A stretch of 64,000 nt of DNA from Phycisphaeraceae bacterium (GTDB taxonomy: Bacteria; Planctomycetota; Phycisphaerae; Phycisphaerales; UBA1924). The notes beneath the pieces are model-generated. The model worked only from the letters and a program-made list of their open reading frames with translations. It was not told where the DNA came from and made no database searches. Position numbers and translations under genes: made by a program. Positions within the stretch are counted from its first letter, which is position 1. The number at the start of each line of letters is the position of its first letter. The stretch lies in assembly GCA_020639235.1 (NCBI GenBank), contig JACKHC010000002.1, positions 116,841 to 180,840 of the forward strand. The letters are read 5' to 3'. Positions 37,724-46,699 of the stretch are shown piece by piece.

Positions 37724-38561
37724 TTGGCGCGACGATTCGCTGTGCTTGTTCGTCGGTGAGGTAGTTCTGCCAATCGCCCGCGATGCCCTTGCGGTTGAAG
37801 TCCTTCGTGTTCTCGTCGCCCGCGGCGCGGCCGGTGGTGCGCGCAAATGTATGGGCGTCGATGATTCGGGTGAGTTCCGCATCGGTGCGCGGCACGCCGT
37901 AGTGCGCGAAGACGCGTGACATCACGCTGCGCGTGTCGGCGACGAGGTCTTCGTAGGCGATGAGCATGCCGATGTTGGGGTGGATGTGCTGGCGCCAGCC
38001 GCGTTCCCACGCCGCGAAGATGGGGAGGATGTTCTCGATGAAGTGGTCGATTCGGCCCGAGAGGTCGAGGTCTTTGGTTTCGTTGTAGAACGCGTTCTCG
38101 GGTCGGATGGCGACGAAGTGCGCCCAACTGACGGCGATATCTCGGAGATCGCGGACGAGGACGACATAGGGTCGGCCCGCGCGATGGAGGATGTCGCGGT
38201 TGTGCGCGCTGGGGCCGGCGTGGACCTTCGTGACGGTGTATCCCGGCGGCGGCCGGAGGAGGTCCTGCTCGGCGAACTCGTGGAAGTCGGGATCTTTGAG
38301 CGTTTGCGTGTTGAAGCGCTCCGGGAACCATCGGAATGTGCCCGGTAGTTCGAGGAGCATGCGCGCGATCCATGTGGAGCCGGACTTGGGGAGCGCGGTA
38401 ACGAGGAAGTTTCGGTGCGGATACTGGTAGTAGCGCTGGTAGAACTCGCGCTGGAGGCGGCGGAAGGGCTTGCCGCGGAGGGACGAGGGCATGATGCGGG
38501 CTTTGGGCGCACCGTCGCCGCTTCTGCCGCCGGGCCGTTCGTATTCGTGCTTACGCGTCAT
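37683..38561 (-). CDS. sulfotransferase domain protein (paralog 1)
   Basis: PAPS 5'-phosphosulfate loop 'LPKSGSTW', 3'-phosphate motif 'VLVRDLRDIAVSW', 'FNRKGIAGDWQN'. Start ATG 38561 (or the downstream MPSSLRG). Confidence 0.75.
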   Translation of the reverse strand: MTRKHEYERPGGRSGDGAPKARIMPSSLRGKPFRRLQREFYQRYYQYPHRNFLVTALPKSGSTWIARMLLELPGTFRWFPERFNTQTLKDPDFHEFAEQDLLRPPPGYTVTKVHAGPSAHNRDILHRAGRPYVVLVRDLRDIAVSWAHFVAIRPENAFYNETKDLDLSGRIDHFIENILPIFAAWERGWRQHIHPNIGMLIAYEDLVADTRSVMSRVFAHYGVPRTDAELTRIIDAHTFARTTGRAAGDENTKDFNRKGIAGDWQNYLTDEQAQRIVAPTLLGGEGDSAAAG

Positions 38562-39411
38562 TTCCCCCCCACTCGTTGTCCTGTTCATAGCCGAGTAGGA
38601 CGAGCGCATCACCGGCGATGCGTTTGAAGGACGCGATGTGGTCCGGTGTGAAGTGGTTCTGCCAGTCCCCCGAGATACCCTTGCGGTTGAAGTTCCTCGC
38701 GTCGGCCTCGCCCTGTTCGCGGCCGGTGACCTTCTTGAACGAGTTGCGTTCGATGGCGGCGCGGACCCAGTTGTCGGACACCTCGGGTTCGCCCCCCAAT
38801 ATGTGCGCATAGGCGCGCCGCATGATGGGGAAGGGGTTGGCGAGGAGGTCCTCGTAGCGGATGAACATGCCGAGCGTGGGGTGGAGGCGCTCGCGCCAGC
38901 GGATGGCCCACTCGATCTTGCCTTCGAGGATGTTGTCGATGTAGTAAGCGATGCGGCCCTCGACGGGGAGCGACTGCGCTTCCGGGTGGGCGACTCTGGT
39001 GCGGCCCGGGAGCGTGTTGTAGTAGGCCCAGCTCACGGCGAGGTCGCGCGGGTCGCGGGTGATAACGAGATAGGGGCGGTTGGCCGCGTGGATGAGTTTG
39101 ATGTTGGCGTCGGTGGGCGGGGTGTGGACCTTGGTGATGGTGTAGCCCATAGCGGGCGGGTCGAGGTCGTCTGGGTGGAAGTCGTGCTTGTCGAGTTTGA
39201 TGGATCCGGGCGTCCACCGGACGTAGCCGGGCAGCTCGCACACGAGGCGTGTGAGCCATGTGGTGCCGGCTTTGGGCTGGCCGATGACGAGAATGTTGCG
39301 GTGGGGATAGTGGAAGGCGCGCTGGTAGACGAAGCGTTGGAACTTGCGCGAAGGCACGTGCCGCATGGCGCGGACGATGAGAGGTGGGTTTGGATCGGAG
39401 AGGGTCGGCAT
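38551..39411 (-). CDS. sulfotransferase domain protein (paralog 2)
   Basis: 'QPKAGTTW', 'LVITRDPRDLAVSW', 'FNRKGISGDWQN'; colinear with paralog 1. Confidence 0.8.
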   Translation of the reverse strand: MPTLSDPNPPLIVRAMRHVPSRKFQRFVYQRAFHYPHRNILVIGQPKAGTTWLTRLVCELPGYVRWTPGSIKLDKHDFHPDDLDPPAMGYTITKVHTPPTDANIKLIHAANRPYLVITRDPRDLAVSWAYYNTLPGRTRVAHPEAQSLPVEGRIAYYIDNILEGKIEWAIRWRERLHPTLGMFIRYEDLLANPFPIMRRAYAHILGGEPEVSDNWVRAAIERNSFKKVTGREQGEADARNFNRKGISGDWQNHFTPDHIASFKRIAGDALVLLGYEQDNEWGGNDA

Positions 39412-39496
39412 TGAGCGTCGGATTCTAGTCGAGAGCGGCGACGCTACCCCCGCTGCCCCCCATCGGAATCGGGTACGGGAGCGTTACACTGCGAGC

Positions 39497-40471
39497 GTGG
39501 CGGGACAACCGGACGACAACACGATTGCTCAGGGGTTGTTCTTCATCGTCGGAACGGGGCGTAGCGGCACCACGCTCTTGCAGGCGATGCTGAGTTCGCA
39601 TCCGCGGATTGTGATTCCAGAGGAGACGCACTTCTTCAGCAAGTTTGACCCTCAAGGGCGGTTTGACGATCCGTTGCGGGCGGATCAGGTTGAGGGATAT
39701 GTGCGATTGTGCGTGTCGGTGCCGCACTTGCTGGAGTCGGGTATCAGTGAGGCGATGCTTCGGGAGCGGCTGGTGCGTGGTCCGAATGATGCGCGCGCTC
39801 TGTTCCTGTGGGTGATGCGCACGCTGACAGGGGAGGCGGGGGTTGGGAAGCGTCTCGGGGAGAAGACCCCCATTCACGAGCGCCATGTGGAGCGGATTCG
39901 GGCGTTGTTCCCGGGCGCGAAGTTCTTGCATATCTATCGTGATCCGCGGGACACGGTGGCGTCGCTCAAGCGGATGCCTTGGGCGGCGGGGCAATCGGCA
40001 AGGCGCATCTCGCGCCGGTGTGCGCAGACCTATGAGACCATGACGCGGTGGCGTGGCACGCTCGGAGACGCGGCGGTTTGCGAGGTGCGGTACGAGAGTC
40101 TGGTGGAGGACACGGAAGGGGTCCTGCGGGGCGTGTGCGCGTTCCTGGGCGAGCCGTTCGACGCGGCGATGCTGGAGTTTCATTCGCGCGGGGACACGGG
40201 GTATCAGCAGCGCGAGGAGGCGTGGAAAGGCGGGACGCGCCGGCCGATCGACGGTTCGAGCATCGGGCGATGGAAGAAGGATCTGAGCGAGCGGGATGTG
40301 GCCGCCGTGGAGCGCGCGGTTGGGAAGGGGCGGCTGATCGCGATGGGGTACGAGCCCAGCGGCGTGCGGGACCGGCTGGTTTGGAGGATCGGCGACGCGG
40401 TGCGCGATCAGATCGCGAAGATCAGGCGGCGCGGGGCGGGCGACGGAGCAGCCGGCGCAGGCGGGGCTTGA
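39497..40471 (+). CDS. sulfotransferase family protein (different subfamily)
   Basis: 'FFIVGTGRSGTTLLQAMLSSHP', 'LHIYRDPRDTVASL'. Start set at GTG 39497, because the track start 39344 overlaps the divergent gene. Confidence 0.7.
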   Translation: MAGQPDDNTIAQGLFFIVGTGRSGTTLLQAMLSSHPRIVIPEETHFFSKFDPQGRFDDPLRADQVEGYVRLCVSVPHLLESGISEAMLRERLVRGPNDARALFLWVMRTLTGEAGVGKRLGEKTPIHERHVERIRALFPGAKFLHIYRDPRDTVASLKRMPWAAGQSARRISRRCAQTYETMTRWRGTLGDAAVCEVRYESLVEDTEGVLRGVCAFLGEPFDAAMLEFHSRGDTGYQQREEAWKGGTRRPIDGSSIGRWKKDLSERDVAAVERAVGKGRLIAMGYEPSGVRDRLVWRIGDAVRDQIAKIRRRGAGDGAAGAGGA

Positions 40472-41294
40472 GTGGGATCTTCCACTTGCGGTCATGGAAC
40501 ACGTCGGTCAACGCGCGCCAGGTCGCGTCGGACACTCGGGCCTTGGACGATGCGTTGAGCAGCCAGAGCGCCGACTCGCGGAAATACGGGCCGCTCTCGG
40601 CGTCGTAGTGACGCTCGAGGATGGTGAGGAAGTTGCGGACTCGGCGCTCCATGTGGCGCGGCGCGTTGAGGTTGTCGGCATCGGAAAGGTGCTTGGTGTA
40701 TTCGACGGCGAGGGCCGGCGAGACGGCGACCGGGCCGACTTCGGCGACACGGCGGATGAAGTCCCGGTCTTCGCCGTGGTGGAGTGTGGGATCGAAGCGG
40801 ACGCCCCCCCCACTCTTGTTGATGGCGTGGCGAGAGATGATGAGCCCGGGCGTGCCGAAGAGCGCGATGGGTTTGAAGATGAGCCCCGGCGACGCGAGCG
40901 GCTTGCCGGTCCAATCTTCGGGAGCGGGTCGGTCGTGCCGCGAGTGATCGGGGAAGACCTCGACGCGTCCCGAGACGCACGCCGCGGACCTGTGCTTCTC
41001 GGCCAGGGCGAGGGAGTCCGCGATCGCGGGCAACAGCGCATCGTCGGCGTCGCAGAAGATAATCCAGTCGGCGGTGGAGGCGTCGATGCCGGTGTTTCGT
41101 GCGGCTGCGGGACCCGCGTTCGGCTGGCGCATCACGGTGAGTCGGGGATCGGGATCGAGTTCGGGGGGCGAGTCGGAGCCGTCGTCGACGACGATGACAC
41201 GTTCCACCAATGGGAGCGCCAGAGCGGACCCGACGGCGCGCCGCAGCAGCGGGCCGGCGTTGTAGGTCGGGATGATGACATCGGCTCGCGGCAC
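40422..41294 (-). CDS. family 2 glycosyltransferase
   Basis: 'VIIPTYNAGPLLRRAVGSAL...VIVVDDGSDSPP' and 'FCDADD' (DxD); GTG start. Confidence 0.85.
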   Translation of the reverse strand: MPRADVIIPTYNAGPLLRRAVGSALALPLVERVIVVDDGSDSPPELDPDPRLTVMRQPNAGPAAARNTGIDASTADWIIFCDADDALLPAIADSLALAEKHRSAACVSGRVEVFPDHSRHDRPAPEDWTGKPLASPGLIFKPIALFGTPGLIISRHAINKSGGGVRFDPTLHHGEDRDFIRRVAEVGPVAVSPALAVEYTKHLSDADNLNAPRHMERRVRNFLTILERHYDAESGPYFRESALWLLNASSKARVSDATWRALTDVFHDRKWKIPLKPRLRRLLRRPPRAA

Positions 41295-41345
41295 GGGGGC
41301 ATTGTGGGTTGGCGGGGCGAGATCGGCAATCGGTAGAGTGGGGCG

Positions 41346-42386
41346 ATGAAGACTGTCGTGCCGCCGGAACCGATGGATCGTGGGGAAGCGCTGGCGCGGG
41401 TGTCGATCGATGGGGTGCGCGCGGCGTCGGGACGGCTGGCAGGGGTGATCGAGAAGACGCCCGTGATCCGGTGCGGCGCGATCGACGCGATGGCGGGGGC
41501 TGAGGTGTGTCTTAAGTGCGAGTCGATGCAGCCGATCGGGGCGTTCAAGATCCGCGGCGCGTACAACGCGATGTCGCTTCTGAGTGATGAGGCCAGGGCG
41601 AAGGGCGTGCTGGCGTACTCATCGGGGAACCACGCGCAGGCGGTCGCGATGGCGGGAGGGTTGTTGGGGGTGCGGACGGTGATCCTGATGCCGAGCGATG
41701 CGCCGCGCGTGAAACTGGCGGCGACGCGGGCGCGGATCGATGCGGCGAGCGGGAGCCGGGTGGAGGTGTACGACCCGAAGTTGCATCGGCGTGAGGCGCT
41801 CGCGGAGGAGATCGCGGAGCGGGAAGGGCTCACTGTGGTGCCGCCCTATGACCACCCGGACATCATCTGCGGGCAAGGGACTGCGGCACTAGCGTTATGC
41901 GAACGCACGGTGTTGGACTACCTGTTTGTGCCGACAGGGGGCGGCGGGTTGCTGGCTGGGTGTGCGACGGTGGCAAAAGCGACATCGGTATTGCGTGAGT
42001 GCAAGGTGATCGGCGTCGAGCCGGCGCTGGCGGACGACGCGGCGCGGAGCTTTCGCAGCGGAAGCATCGAGGTCGCGGGCCCCGACGCGGGCAAGACGAT
42101 CTGCGACGGGGCGCGGACACCATATCTGGGCGCGTGGACTTTCCCGGTGATTCGCGAGCGGGTGGACGGCATCATCACGGCGACGGACGCGGAGGTGTCG
42201 CGGGCGATGCGCGTGATGATGGAGAAGGCGCGGCTCGTGGTTGAGCCGACGGGCGCGCTGGGGCTGGCAGGCGCGATGAAGATGCGGGACGAGATCGCGG
42301 GAAAGACCGTCGGCGTGATCGTGAGCGGCGGGAATGTGGATCTGGACGAGATTCCGCGCCTGTTGGCGATCGGAGACCAGACGTGA
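41346..42386 (+). CDS. PLP-dependent threonine/serine dehydratase family protein
   Basis: PLP-lysine motif 'ESMQPIGAFKIRGA', 'SSGNHAQA', 'GGGGLLAG'. Confidence 0.85.
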   Translation: MKTVVPPEPMDRGEALARVSIDGVRAASGRLAGVIEKTPVIRCGAIDAMAGAEVCLKCESMQPIGAFKIRGAYNAMSLLSDEARAKGVLAYSSGNHAQAVAMAGGLLGVRTVILMPSDAPRVKLAATRARIDAASGSRVEVYDPKLHRREALAEEIAEREGLTVVPPYDHPDIICGQGTAALALCERTVLDYLFVPTGGGGLLAGCATVAKATSVLRECKVIGVEPALADDAARSFRSGSIEVAGPDAGKTICDGARTPYLGAWTFPVIRERVDGIITATDAEVSRAMRVMMEKARLVVEPTGALGLAGAMKMRDEIAGKTVGVIVSGGNVDLDEIPRLLAIGDQT

Positions 42387-42952
42387 GCGGCGTAGAACGG
42401 TGCGGGTGGTGCGGCGATGACCCGCTCTATGTGAAGTACCACGATGAAGAATGGGGCGTGCCTGTGCGCGATGACGACCGTCTCTTCGAGATGCTGACGC
42501 TCGAGGGCGCACAGGCGGGGCTGAGCTGGATCACGGTTCTCAGGAAGCGGGAGCGGTACCGCGAGGTGTTCCACGGCTTCGAGATCGCGCGGGTGGCGCG
42601 GATGACGGCGCGGGATGTCGAGCGGATTCTCAATGACGACGGGCCGATGACGGTGGTGCGCCACCGCGGCAAGATCGAGTCGACGATCTCGAACGCCAAG
42701 TGCGCCATCGCGGCGCAGCAGGAGTTCGGTTCTCTAGCGGAGTATCTGTGGTCGTTCGTCGGGGGAGAGCCGATGGTGAACCGCCCGGCGACTCTTAAGG
42801 ATGTGCCTGCGAACACATCCGAGTCGGACGCGATGAGCAGGGCGCTCAAGAAACGCGGGTTTAAGTTCGTGGGGTCGACGATCTGCTACGCGTTCATGCA
42901 GGCGACGGGGATGGTGGATGACCATCTGCGCGGGTGTTTCAGGTGTTCCTGA
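42383..42952 (+). CDS. tag: DNA-3-methyladenine glycosylase I
   Basis: 'RCGWCGDDPLYVKYHDEEWGVP...FEMLTLEGAQAGLSW'; GTGA overlap with the upstream gene. Confidence 0.9.
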   Translation: MSGVERCGWCGDDPLYVKYHDEEWGVPVRDDDRLFEMLTLEGAQAGLSWITVLRKRERYREVFHGFEIARVARMTARDVERILNDDGPMTVVRHRGKIESTISNAKCAIAAQQEFGSLAEYLWSFVGGEPMVNRPATLKDVPANTSESDAMSRALKKRGFKFVGSTICYAFMQATGMVDDHLRGCFRCS

Positions 42953-43721
42953 AGACATACGTCGGCGTTGAACCGGGCCACCAGAGAGATCGGACTCGGG
43001 ACTCGATCAGGGGTGACTGCCCGGCAACTGGAACCAGGGTCTTGCGCGCCAGTAATTGTGCCAGTTCATCGCGGAAGTTGTCGATTCCGAGAATCCAGGG
43101 CCATTCCCCTTGATCCTGCCATTCGACGATCTCGTTCTCTGGTACATCCTGGTTGCACCAACCCCAATGCGCTGCGTCGGCGTGGACCCAGCGGTCAACG
43201 AAGCGGATATTTGACTCGATGTGTGCGATGTTCGGGTCGGCATGGGCCATGATGCACAATGCGCCGAATGCGAGGAACGAGTCCGGGCATGAGAAGGTCT
43301 TACACTCGTGGAGCCAGGCAAGGAATGCGGCAGAGGCGTGTTGGAATTCGCGCGACTCATTGAGCGAGCCCATCGCAATTGTGATGGCGCGGCTCGGGAA
43401 GCCGCAGGACTCGATCTCGTAGTGCGCGCAGGCGCGGCCGAGTATCCAGATGGCGAGCATCGTTTCCGCGTTCTCGATTTTGCTGACGCCTCCTGAGACG
43501 AGTTCGCAGCATTCCTTGAGCCATGTGTCCTTCACGAACTCTTCGATCGTCGCGACGCGACCCTCATTGAGGATCGCCTGAATCGCGCGGAAGTGTTGCG
43601 GCTCGTTGTTCCCCCAGTCGGCCGATGAGATGCACGCGATGATGTCCGTCGTCACGCGCTTGCGGAGCAGCGGCCACAGCGCCATCTCGTCGGGTGCGGG
43701 CATGTGGGGGAGAAGGGGCAT
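42939..43721 (-). CDS. hypothetical protein (Cys/Trp-rich, no recognised domain)
   Basis: 260-aa ORF in a lower-GC stretch; no signal peptide or TM; no family recognised. Confidence 0.45.
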   Translation of the reverse strand: MPLLPHMPAPDEMALWPLLRKRVTTDIIACISSADWGNNEPQHFRAIQAILNEGRVATIEEFVKDTWLKECCELVSGGVSKIENAETMLAIWILGRACAHYEIESCGFPSRAITIAMGSLNESREFQHASAAFLAWLHECKTFSCPDSFLAFGALCIMAHADPNIAHIESNIRFVDRWVHADAAHWGWCNQDVPENEIVEWQDQGEWPWILGIDNFRDELAQLLARKTLVPVAGQSPLIESRVRSLWWPGSTPTYVFRNT

Positions 43722-43742
43722 GGGTGAATGGTACGGAAGGAT

Positions 43743-43797
43743 CCCCCTCCGTCACGCTACGCGTGACACCTCACCCACCGTCGGCGGGGGAGGGAGC
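43743..43797. repeat. GC-rich palindromic intergenic element (REP-like), copy C
   Basis: CCCCCTCC-GTCACGCTACGCGTGAC-ACCTCACCCACCGTCGGCGGGGGAGGGAGC aligns with 6641-6703, including the GTCAxGC..GCGTGAC palindrome and the GCGGGGGAGGGAGC end. Confidence 0.7.
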
Positions 43798-43799
43798 AT

Positions 43800-43833
43800 C
43801 AAATGAAAACACCCCGCCGGGTGTGGCGGGGTG
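43800..43833 (-). terminator. intrinsic terminator of hppA
   Basis: On the minus strand: 9-bp stem CACCCCGCC/GGCGGGGTG (43810-43818 / 43825-43833), 6-nt loop, followed by GTTTTCATTT; begins 30 nt after the hppA stop. Confidence 0.6.
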
Positions 43834-43862
43834 TGGGGAGGTACTCGGATGGCTGGCGTCGT

Positions 43863-46643
43863 CTAGTCGATGCCGAGGATGGAACCGATCATCGGGCCGT
43901 AGGCGACGGTGAGGCCGGCGAATACGACCGACACGATCGAGATGAGCTTGATGAGGATGTTGAGTGAGGGGCCGGAGGTGTCCTTGAAGGGGTCGCCGAC
44001 GGTGTCGCCCACGACGGTGGCCTTGTGATCGTCGGAGCCCTTGCCGTAGACGATCACATCGCCGCGACCGGCTTCGACGAGATCCTTGGCCTTGTTGTGA
44101 ATGGCCTGATGGATCTCGCCTGGGACCTTGTCGGCCTTGGCCTTGTCATTGAGCATGTCGTTGGCGGTGATCTTGCCGTAGGACTCGAGGAGCTTCTTGG
44201 CGTTGTCCCACGCGCCGCCGGCGTTGGCCATGAAGATGGCGACGGCGAAGCCGGAGGTGAGGCCGCCGGCGAGCATGCCCACGACGCCCGAAACGGAGAG
44301 CGTGAGCCCGACGACGATCGGAACGACAATGGCAAGGATCGCGGGGACAACCATTTCCCTTTGCGCGCCGGCCGTCGAGATGGAGACACAGGAGGCGTAG
44401 TCGGGGTACTTCACGCCGTCGACGTCGACGCGCTTGGGCCATTTGGTGGGGTCGGCGATGTCGTCGGCGGACATTCCCTGCTTCCTGAAGGCGTTACGCA
44501 TGATGCCGAACTGGCGTCGGCACTCGTTCATCATCTCGTAGGCGGCGCGTCCGACGGCGTTCATGGTCATGGCGCAGAAGAGGAACGCGAGGAGGACGCC
44601 GATGAAGAGGCCGCCGAGGAGGCGCGGGTTGAGGAGCGTGACATCGTAGAACGCGAGCACATCGGCGAGCGTGCCTTCGCGGGCGGAGGTGACTTCGAGG
44701 AAGTGCTGGCCGTTGAAGACCTTGTAGCGGTGCGTGTGCTGGATGCGCTCGTTCTTGGCGGTGAGGGCCGTGTCGCTCAGATCATTGCGCCACTCGCCGG
44801 TGTAATCGATGGCGTCGACTTCCCAGACATCGCCTTTGTGCAGGTTGTCGATGTCGACATTGCCGTTCGAGAGGTTGTCGTTCTGCGACTTGATGAGCAT
44901 GGCGCCGTCGACATAATCCGCGCCCGGAACGACAACGGCGAACTTGTTGTGCCCCTGGTACACGGCGTAGGGCTTGGTGTCGGCGCGGGCGACGAGCGCG
45001 GAGTCGTTCTTAACATAGGTCACCGCCTGCTCACCTATCTGCGCCTGCACGATCTGGACGAAGGCGGCGAAGAGCGCCAGGGCCGTGAGGGCTGCTGAAC
45101 CGATGGCGAAGCCCTTGCCGGTAGCGGCGGTGGTGTTGCCCAGGGAGTCGAGCATGTCGGTGCGCTCGCGGACATGCGGGGGCTGGCCTGTCATTTCGGC
45201 GTTGCCGCCGGCGTTGTCGGCGATGGGGCCGTAGGCATCGGTGGCGAGCGTGATGCCGAGCGTTGCGAGCATGCCGACGGCGGCGATGCCGACGCCGTAG
45301 AGGCCCATGAGGAAGTTCTCGCCGCCGCCGGCGAATGAGAATGCGGCGATAATGGCGACGACGACGGTGATGAGTGGCGCCCAGGTAGACTTCATGCCCT
45401 CGGCGATGCCGGCGATGATGACGGTCGCGGGGCCGGTAAGGGCCTGTTGCGCGATTCGCTGAGTGGGCGGGTGCTCGTAGGACGTGTAGTACTCGGTGGC
45501 GTGGGCGATCACGAGGCCCGCGACGAGGCCCGAGACGATCGAGAGGCCGAGACCCCAGAACGTCGTGACGCCTTGGAGCGCTTCGGAACCCTGGAAGAGG
45601 AAGTAGAGCAGGCCGAACGCCGCGGCGATGATCAGACCCGAGGCGACATAGACGCCAAGGTGCAGCCCCTTGAGGAGCTGGGCGAAGGAGGCGCCTTCCT
45701 TCGCACGGACGGTGAAGATTCCCAGGATCGAGCAGAGGATGCCGAGGCCGGCGAGCGCGAGTGGCGCGGTGGCGAGCATCAGCGCGGTCTTGGCGGCCAT
45801 ATCGGTGGCGAGCCCGAGCGAGAACGCTGCGGACGCGCCGAGCGCCATGGTTGCGAGCATCGAGCCGTAGTAGGACTCGTAGAGGTCGGCACCCATGCCG
45901 GCGACGTCACCGACATTGTCGCCGACGTTGTCGGCGATGGTCGCGGGGTTGCGGGCGTCGTCTTCGGGGATGCCGGCCTCGACCTTACCGACGAGGTCGG
46001 CGCCGACATCCGCGGCCTTGGTGTAGATACCGCCGCCGACGCGGGCGAAGAGCGCCTGGGTCGAGGCGCCCATGCCGAATGAGAGCATGACGGTGGTGAT
46101 GTCGCGGAGGTCTGTGAAGCCCCATGCGTCGCCGAAGTTGTTGAGGACGAAGAACCAGACGGAGGCGTCCATCAGCGCGAAGCCGACGACGACGAGCCCC
46201 ATGACCGCGCCGGAGCGGAACGCGACGGTGAGCCCGTCATTGAGCGAGGACTTGGCCGCCCACGCGGTGCGGGCGGACGCGTTGGTCGCCATTTTCATGC
46301 CGAACCAGCCGCAGAGACCCGAGAGGAATCCCGCGACGGGCACGCCTATGAGGGAGAGTTTGGGCTGCAGCCCGAGGAAGAATGCGAGGACGAAGAGGAC
46401 GACGACGATGGCGATGAAGACGCCCGCGACGACCATGTACTGGCGCTTGAGGTAGGCCATCGCGCCGTCGCGTACGGCCTGAGCGATGGTGATCATCTCC
46501 TCATCACCCTCGGAGCGCGACATGACGGAGCGCGAGAAGAGGAATGCCATGACGAGGGCCGCGACCGCGCCGATCGGGGCGAGGAAATACGCGGGTGGGA
46601 GTTCGGTGGCGAGGATAAGCGCCTGATCGAGGTCCGCCATCAC
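43863..46643 (-). CDS. hppA: membrane-bound proton/sodium-translocating pyrophosphatase (unusually long, 926 aa)
   Basis: 'GGGIYTKAADVGADLVGKVE', 'DNVGDNVGD', 'AGGAWDNAKK', 'GDTVGDPFKDTSGPSLNILIK'; AAGGAG upstream of the ATG. Confidence 0.93.
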   Translation of the reverse strand: MMADLDQALILATELPPAYFLAPIGAVAALVMAFLFSRSVMSRSEGDEEMITIAQAVRDGAMAYLKRQYMVVAGVFIAIVVVLFVLAFFLGLQPKLSLIGVPVAGFLSGLCGWFGMKMATNASARTAWAAKSSLNDGLTVAFRSGAVMGLVVVGFALMDASVWFFVLNNFGDAWGFTDLRDITTVMLSFGMGASTQALFARVGGGIYTKAADVGADLVGKVEAGIPEDDARNPATIADNVGDNVGDVAGMGADLYESYYGSMLATMALGASAAFSLGLATDMAAKTALMLATAPLALAGLGILCSILGIFTVRAKEGASFAQLLKGLHLGVYVASGLIIAAAFGLLYFLFQGSEALQGVTTFWGLGLSIVSGLVAGLVIAHATEYYTSYEHPPTQRIAQQALTGPATVIIAGIAEGMKSTWAPLITVVVAIIAAFSFAGGGENFLMGLYGVGIAAVGMLATLGITLATDAYGPIADNAGGNAEMTGQPPHVRERTDMLDSLGNTTAATGKGFAIGSAALTALALFAAFVQIVQAQIGEQAVTYVKNDSALVARADTKPYAVYQGHNKFAVVVPGADYVDGAMLIKSQNDNLSNGNVDIDNLHKGDVWEVDAIDYTGEWRNDLSDTALTAKNERIQHTHRYKVFNGQHFLEVTSAREGTLADVLAFYDVTLLNPRLLGGLFIGVLLAFLFCAMTMNAVGRAAYEMMNECRRQFGIMRNAFRKQGMSADDIADPTKWPKRVDVDGVKYPDYASCVSISTAGAQREMVVPAILAIVVPIVVGLTLSVSGVVGMLAGGLTSGFAVAIFMANAGGAWDNAKKLLESYGKITANDMLNDKAKADKVPGEIHQAIHNKAKDLVEAGRGDVIVYGKGSDDHKATVVGDTVGDPFKDTSGPSLNILIKLISIVSVVFAGLTVAYGPMIGSILGID

Positions 46644-46699
46644 GGTTTGCTACTCCTTGAGGTGTCTGCCCGTCGGGGGGAACAGCGACGCCCTTGTGG

